In this document: piece after piece, positions 55,840 through 64,000 of the stretch
Position numbering within the stretch: the stretch's first letter is position 1
How the letters are laid out: every line of letters starts with the position of its first letter
Assembly (NCBI RefSeq): GCF_009914755.1
Contig: NC_060935.1
Source of the DNA: the human T2T-CHM13v2.0 reference genome, Homo sapiens
DNA length: 64,000 nucleotides
Reading direction: 5' to 3' (one strand)
Notes under the pieces: model-generated
Databases searched by the model: none
What the model saw: the letters and a program-made list of their open reading frames with translations, nothing else
What the model was told of the DNA's origin: nothing
Position numbers and translations under genes: made by a program

Positions 55840-56144
55840 TTTTTTTTTTTTTTTTTTTTTTGATACGGAGTCTCGCTTTATCGCCCAGGCTGGAGTGCAG
55901 TGGCTCTATCTAGGCTCACTGCAAACTCCGCCTCCTGGGTTCACACCATTCTCCTGCCTCAGCCTCCTGAGTAGCTGGGACTACAGGCGCCTGCCATGGC
56001 ACCCGGCTAATTTTTTGTATTTTTAGTAGAGACGGGGTTTCACCGTGTTAGCCAGGATGGTCTCAATCTCCTGACCTCGTGATCCGCCCGCCTCAGCCTC
56101 CCAAAGTGCTGGGATTACAGGCGTGGGCCACCATGCCCCCAGCC
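55840..56144 (-). mobile_element. Full-length AluY-like element with TSD
   Basis: Poly-T, caccgtgttagccaggatgg, gacctcgtgatccgccc; TSD tgttggttgga at 55829 and 56145. Confidence 0.95.
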
Positions 56145-56280
56145 TGTTGGTTGGAATTGTACTGAGAACCTGAATCTTTCTATGACTGGCCTAGACAGAA
56201 TGCTTTGTTGGCGGTAGGCAAACTGCAGGACTGTTTTCATTGGTAACTCTTGGGAACTTAAAAAGAACCTGAAGTTTGCC

Positions 56281-56570
<290 letters not shown>

Positions 56571-57234
56571 TTATTGATAATTGGTCATTAATAACTTGTT
56601 CCTATAGTTGTGTTAGCTCTGTTGGATTTTGATTTGGCCAATGGTTACACTAATTTTGAATAAGCTTATTAATAAAGACAAAAATTGAAGAATGAATTTG
56701 GAATAATCATTTGGAGGAAGCCAAAGGGCACTGTCGTATTTCAAATAAACGATGTCATCAATGAAATGGTAGTTTCAGATAAATGTGGTATAATGAATGC
56801 AACAAATGTTTATTTTCAGTTGCCTAGGGATTCAGGTCAACATCCTGAACAGTGAAGACAGAGCATTTTAAAGGAGACTTTGTAGTGGTGCTTGGGATAA
56901 CTAGAGAGAGAAAAAAAAAGCCAAATAAATCTAGACTGGACCCGTTTTGTTGAATTATGTCGTTTCATAGTCATGTAGATTTCTCATACATTACCTAACC
57001 ATAGAGGGTTAACGTTTTGGGACCAACCTCATCTGGTGCACATTTATTGTGTTACTTTAAATATAATCTGTGACTTGATTTACATGTTTATTGACTCAGT
57101 ATGCATACTTGAGACACTTCCCAAGTTGGTTGCTATGTTGCTAGAGTCATCTTTTTTTTTTTTTAACTTTGCTATAGTAAACTTTCTTACATAGATTTTA
57201 GACCAATAATCATGATTTCTAAGTATTTTACATT

Positions 57235-57648
57235 GTTTTTTATTTTTTTTTTTCATTTTTTTGACTATGGTAAACTACACATAACAAAATTTATCATCTT
57301 AACCATTTTTAAGTGTACAGTTAAGTAGTTTTAAATACATCCATAGTGTTGTACAACTCCCATCACTACCATCCATCTCCGGAATTCTTTTCATTTTGTA
57401 AAACCAAAACTCTATACCCATTAAACAATGTCCCCCTCCTCCCAGACCCTGGCAACCGCCGTTCTACTTTCTGTCTCTAGGAACTCAATTACTCTAAATA
57501 TCTCATATAAGTGGAATCACACAGTATTTGTCCTTTTGTGACTGATTTATTTCACTTAGCATCATGTCTTCAGGGGTCATCTATATGAACTTCTTTACTT
57601 TTTTAAGACTGAATAATATTCCATTAAATGTATAGGCCACATTTTTTT
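57235..57648 (-). mobile_element. L1MB-type 3' end
   Basis: tggtaaactacacataacaaaatttatcatcttaaccatttttaagtgtacagtt...tcatataagtggaatcacacagtatttgtcc. Confidence 0.85.
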
Positions 57649-58907
57649 TCTTGCCTTTATTTTATACTATTCTTTTTTTCTCCTGCTGAATATAACTGCA
57701 TCTCTATGGAGAAAAAAATAAAAAGGCCCTCTTTCTCAAAAACACATCTGTCTTCCACTGAGTCCAAGATGTGTTAACCAAACTAAAGAGGGTAAGAAAG
57801 AGAGAGCTATGTGTAGAAAAGTTATCTTTGAAATTTAGTTTAGGAAACATTTCCATATCTCACAAGCCACAGGAGTGCCTCTATGGGAATGTGTCTGCCT
57901 TCATACCTCTCTGGCAGCTGCCCCACCTTCTGGTGTTCCCAAGAGTATTTTTAGCATGGCATTCGACTTACTGGATGATGTTTCTCAATTTTTTACTTAT
58001 AAGGTTATTTTATGTTAATTTTGTTATTTTAAAGAGTTTTGCTAACTTTTTTAATATCCTGAGGCCATATGGAAGCATCTTGCTCCAATTAAAGCTAATG
58101 AAAAAAACCTTTTACAAAACCTTTAAATCCGCATCACACATTTTAGAACACCCGAGTCAGCTGGTGGTGTGGAGGTGGTGGTGGGGATGTGGATGTGTCA
58201 GAAGTGAGGAACACACCTGCTGCTCTTATTTCTTCTGATCAATTCATTTGCAACCTCTGTGCAAAGAAAGTTGCAGAAGGAAATCTGAAGCACTCACCTG
58301 TAATTCTAGTCTTGAAAATGTTCTTGTAAAGCATCCACATCTGATATTTATGCCTCTGTAAGTGGCAGTGCCTAGCTGTTTTCTGAGTGGGAGTTGATTT
58401 CTGCTGTTGAGTAAATAGTAGGTGTCAGAGAAGCATTTGTAATGAAATTTAGAAGGAGAAACACGTCGGTGTGGAAGTAATAATAGTATTTACAGGGGAG
58501 CACCTTGAAAATAAGGTACGTTATTTTAAAATTACTTTTTGGTGCTGCTGCTGTGTCCTTCTCTCCAGATTCCCTTTGAGCTTCGCAGTATAAAGTCTCC
58601 ATAACTCCTAAATATGAGGGCATGTCGTGGAGCAATTGAAGAAGAAATAATAAATTTGGAGTCATCAGGGTTGCTGTAGGGAGCTATGATCCAGGACAAG
58701 ATATTTTAACATGCATTGTGATGTAAATGGTACCCCTGGATTTGTATAGCCTGGTGGCCCTGGCTGTGGCAGAAGGGTGCACCTGAGGAAATAATCATTT
58801 ATTCAGTGGTGTGTTTTGGGCTTACTTTGAAGCAACTTGAGTTCTTTATGAGTTATGCCTAAAATTAAAATCTTGGGTCTCATGGTGAAAAAAGAAAACA
58901 GTCTAAG

Positions 58908-59790
<883 letters not shown>

Positions 59791-60139
59791 TGATTATAAA
59801 CCCTCTGCTTCCCACACATTTTAGAGGGGATAACGTTTAGCATAAGGAAAGCTGCATATGGCATCTGGAAATGGTGTTTCTGTATCGGATGCCTGGTCAC
59901 TGGCCACCCTATCATTCTCACATTCCTTAGCTATCTTTGGAACTCAGCTATTGATTTCTTTTTTGAATCACTAGCTGGGGTCTTTAGAGGAAGGCTCTCA
60001 GCTTTCCTGGGTTACCTCTACAAATATGAGTTTGAATAGGGCTACATTGGGAGAATTTTTGAGGCCCTAGATAGGCCAAGGAAGCCAGGATTGAAGGAAA
60101 CATGATGGGTGATTCATAAGAAATTACCAGCATCAAGTA

Positions 60140-60305
60140 CCCTTACTAGCCAGATGACCTGGAGTCATTCACATACCCTCCTAGAAATTCAGTTTCTCAC
60201 ACATAAAAGGGGAGGAATAATAGCTGTTCTGCCTACGTGTGTGGTTGTTAGGAATCACTAATGAAACAATGTCAACTGCAAAGTGCTGTTTAAATGCTTG
60301 TCATC
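60140..60305 (+). mobile_element. MIR SINE
   Basis: cttactagccagatgacctgg...tcagtttctcacacataaaagggg...aataatagc. Confidence 0.6.
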
Positions 60306-61464
60306 ATCCTTGGCCAATGGCCTGTGCTTACAGCTGTTTTTTGTATCCATTCACTGACTCCTTTCCCTGTTAAGTAGAAATAAAGCTAAAATGGAAAAAA
60401 AAAGAATTTCAGATACTAAAAGAAATGCCTAAAACCATCAATGTCTTCACCATTGGTTCAAAGAAAAAGGCCTGATGTCTGTTGGGCAAAGGTTCCCAAT
60501 CCTCTTTTGAACTGACAAGTGTCTAGAGAGGCTGGGGTTCTGGCATGGCTAGGACTGGGGCAGCGTCACCAAACTCAGTGTCCCTGGTCAGAAGGCCACA
60601 CACAGAGGGAATCTTGGCCTTGAGGGGAAAGTTCTTGCTTCAGGAGAAAGAGGGACCCTTTTCTACTTTCTGTGATCCAGGAAGCAGCAGCAGTTTGCAG
60701 ATTAGTTCTGCTCCTTGCCAAACACACTCGCATTTGTCCATCCCTTTCTGGGTTCCAGTTTTCACTCTGCAGGTTGTGAAAACTGCTTGCTCATTTTTCC
60801 ACCCAAATGCATAGCCATGGCCCCTCTAGGCCAATGGCAACACAACATTAGCTGCCTTCAGAGGGGAAAATAATATATGAAGAAGTAGAGGAAATGATAT
60901 CCTCATTTCTGCACAGATTATGAGCATTTCCTAAACCTAGACACTAAAAAACATGGTTAGAATCTGCCCCAACTAAATAGTTGAGTGACTTTTTTCTTGT
61001 ATTCTATTTCTCAGCATCAAACCATTTCTTCTAATGCTAGACTGCTTAGACAGTGGTAGAATCCAAAATATTCCCTCCCTCTAAATGCAAAATAAAGTAA
61101 GATATTTATATGTACCTCTCCCTTCTGGAAAAAAATATAACAGATTTGTTTCTAGGGTTTCAAAGGATTGTGCTCAGCTGAATAGAAATTGATAAATTAT
61201 TACCTTTTGCTGCATCATGTTCAGCCCACTTTATTATATATTTGCATTTAATACTCTTGATTATGTACCTAGGGAGAATGTAACATTGGCACTGAATTAC
61301 AACTGAGCAGAAAAGAGGAGAAAAAATTTCTATTTTGATACAAGAATATGATTCAATTTGATTGTGAATATGACTACTCAAGTATCTGACCTAAAAATAT
61401 TTTAATACCTGATTATTATACATGTGTCAACATGGGATCTTGACTCATGAATAAATAATCCCAA

Positions 61465-61780
61465 GTCACTCATTCAAAAAATACTTTGAGCATCTCTTGT
61501 GCCAGGTACTAGGGATGCTAGGATGTATCAGACACAGCCCCTTCTTTCTAGGAACCTGTAATTAGGTGGAGGAGGCAGAATTGTCAGCAAACAATGACAA
61601 AACTGCATGATTAGTGCTATTATAAAGGTATGAAGAGACTGATGGAGATATATAGAGGGAGAAATTACTAGTTTTCCAAGGGAGTCCGTCAGCAAAGTTT
61701 TCATGGAGGAGATTGTATTTTGATCTTGATATAAAGACATTTACTGGGCAAAGAAGGGAAGAAGAGCAAGCCAAGAAGTT
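61465..61780 (-). mobile_element. L2 3' end
   Basis: cactcattcaaaaaatactttgagcatctcttgtgccaggtactaggg. Confidence 0.65.
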
Positions 61781-62105
61781 CTTTCTATAGGGCTTGGGTG
61801 AGTGCTTGACTTATCCTAGGCACACTGCAAGTGTTTAACTTAACTGTATACGCTTCTTCTCTGAATGTGATATGCCTGTCCCCAGGGATCCAGCTACAGA
61901 GTATCAGCCTGCTTTGTCATGTTCATCTTTTATTTAGGCCAGTTTATTCTTGTGTACTGACCATACTCTATCATGAGGTTGGATGCCAGCCCAGCCCATA
62001 TGCCAAAATGTGTTTGTTGAATTCACCTTTTCCTTATCTCATCCAACATGTTCCTCATGTCCTGCATAGCTCAGAGCTTGGCATGTAGTGGGTGTTAAGG
62101 AAGTA

Positions 62106-62401
62106 CTTTTTTTTTTTTTGAGACGGAGTCTTGGCTCTGTCTCCTAGGCTGGAGTGCAGTGGCGCGATCTCGGCTCGCTGTAACCTCCTCTTCCTGGGTT
62201 CAAGTGATTCTCCTGTCTCAGCCTCCTGAGTAGCTGGGATTACAGGCTCAGGCCACCATGCATGACTAATTTTTGTATTTTTAGTAGAGACAGGGTTTCA
62301 TCATGTTAGTCAGGCTGGTCTCAAACTCCTGACCTCAGGTGATTCACCCACCTCAGCCTCCCAAAGTGCTGGAATTACAGGTGTGAGCCACCGCACCTGG
62401 C
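62106..62401 (-). mobile_element. Full-length AluS inserted at an L2 terminus
   Basis: Poly-T gagacggagtc...gagccaccgcacctggc; flanked by L2-end text ggcatgtagtgggtgttaag / ttgaatgg. Confidence 0.95.
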
Positions 62402-62434
62402 TTGAATGGGTAAACATAGTTGCTTATTTCAGAG

Positions 62435-62894
62435 TCTACATTTGTGTCCTAGAACTGTCATAACAATTAGTACGATCTTGGTGGCTTAAAACAACAGAAA
62501 TTTATTCTCTCCCAGTTTTAGAACCTAGAAGTCTAAAATCAAGTGTCGGCAGGACTGTGGTCCCTCTGAAGGCTCTAGGGGAGAATCCTTTCTTCTTTCT
62601 TCCAGCGTCTGATGGCTCCGAGAGTTCCTTGGTTTAGGGCTGCACAACTCCAGTCTCTGCCTCTGTCTTCACATGGCCTCTGTGTCTCAAATCTCCCTTC
62701 CCCTTTTCTTTAAGGACACGAGTCATTGGATTTGGGGCCTTTCCTAAATTCTGGATGATCTTATTGCTAGATCCTTAGTTATACCTGCAAAGACCCTTTT
62801 GTTTTTTTTTTCAAATAAGATCTTATTCACCGGCACTGGGGGTTAGAACATGCACATGTGTTTCGGGAAGGGTATCACCATTCCACCAGCTACA
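62435..62894 (-). mobile_element. MaLR LTR (MLT1B/C-like)
   Basis: gtggcttaaaacaacagaaatttattctctcccagtt...ctgaaggctctaggggagaatcc...ctgcaaagacccttt...caaataagatc. Confidence 0.85.
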
Positions 62895-63619
62895 GGATGC
62901 TTGCCAAGGCCTAAGGCTGAGTAGGGTATAGTAACTATAGAAAGCTTTGGTCAAATAGCTGTTTCGATTGCCATGTTTGGATGGGGAGTGGAGGGTAGTG
63001 ATGAAAGAAGATTTTTAAAGGTGTCTCATATTTCCCTCTGTCTTATCTGCCTCATTTTGAGGAAGGGTCTTCTGGAAGCGCATTTTAGTGAGTCATCTAG
63101 GCCATCCCATGTGGCTGTTCTATAGCTCCTTTGACCCCAAAGGCTATGCGGTAGTCCACAGTAGCTCACTTCTAATCACAGCTGACTTGAGCCCGGTTGG
63201 TGACCTGTCTCAAGATCATCCAATCTTCTAGGCTGTCCAGTGGCTCGTGGCTGATGGTCTTATTAGGAAATTGAGATGATCCACTTATATTTTTGCATGG
63301 CAACTTGAGTTTTGAAACTCAAGAGACTGAGTTAGTTGGTAGTGAACTCTGCAACTGAAGGGTCCCAGGGAGTTCCTCCGAGCCGGGCTGGCTACTGGGC
63401 CGAGGGTCAGCAGGAGTGTCAAGGAAGCCGGTCAGTAGGGAGAGCTGACTCAACAACGTGGAGAGAGCTGCAGAGGCACCATGATGGAGGGGCACCCGTG
63501 GCCTCTGAAAAAGACCAGCCTTGGACCTCAGCCACCTTCGAGTTTACATGAGGCTGTGATTTTGTGTTTCCTATTCTTGAAGTTCCATGAAATATAAAGA
63601 TACACCTACATAGTGTTGA

Positions 63620-63800
63620 TGTGTTAAGCATGCGCTCTATATTAAGCTTTTTATGTGCATTATCCGATTTATTCCTCATTGAATAGATGCTGAGATGGAG
63701 GCAACAGAGAGTAAGGGACTTGTCTAGAGTCAGTCCACTGGTAAGTTGTAGAGTAAGCCTCAAACCGGGGATCCAGCTCCAGAGCTGTGCCCGCAGTGAC
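63620..63800 (-). mobile_element. MIR SINE
   Basis: tgcattatccgatttattcctca...agatgctgagatggaggcaacagagagtaagggacttgtctagagtc. Confidence 0.65.
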
Positions 63801-64000
63801 CCCAGCACCTCCTCTATACCCGTGTTTCTGTCCCAGCTTTTATAAGCCTCCCTGGTTTTCTCCCAAAGGAACTGGGTATGTCCCATTACTTATATCCCAG
63901 AGACAGATCCTGAATTGATTAGCCAAATTAGTAACAGACTAAAAAGTTCGCCAAGTTTTTTGGTGTACTCTTCATTGGGTTAATGTGAACATGAAGGTAA

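Noticed and set aside
57771-58238. 155-aa ORF
   Set aside because: It opens at a non-ATG codon, has AT-rich low-information composition and shows no recognisable homology or exon structure.

Overview
This is primate, very probably human, genomic DNA: about 40% GC, CpG-depleted, and carrying AluJ/S/Y, L1PA/L1M, L2, MIR, MaLR LTRs and MER DNA transposons. I recognise no protein-coding exon, RNA gene or processed pseudogene. The long ORFs in the track are translations of Alu, L1, L2 or low-complexity DNA, or chance ORFs, many opened at TTG/GTG starts. Most LTRs and a majority of L1 pieces lie on the - strand, which weakly suggests a large intron of a + strand gene; I cannot name the gene. The clearest non-routine signal is a cluster of local copy events: a 210-bp unique segment (33981-34190) re-inserted 3.3 kb downstream inside an L1PA 3' end with repair-like junctions, a perfect 39-bp piece of a neighbouring L1MA copied 635 bp away, a ~125-bp repeat pair 800 bp apart, and 97-, 99- and 25-bp tandem duplications. 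Other candidates are a recursive-splice-like TAG|GTAAGA ending a 130-nt AG-free zone (25356/25357), a CpG-retaining possible alternative first exon or enhancer (~29500-30090), closely spaced inverted Alu pairs and a possible myogenic enhancer (~57900-58620). I found no convincing novel multi-gene system. Repeat subfamily names come from remembered consensus sequences, and boundaries of old repeats are approximate.
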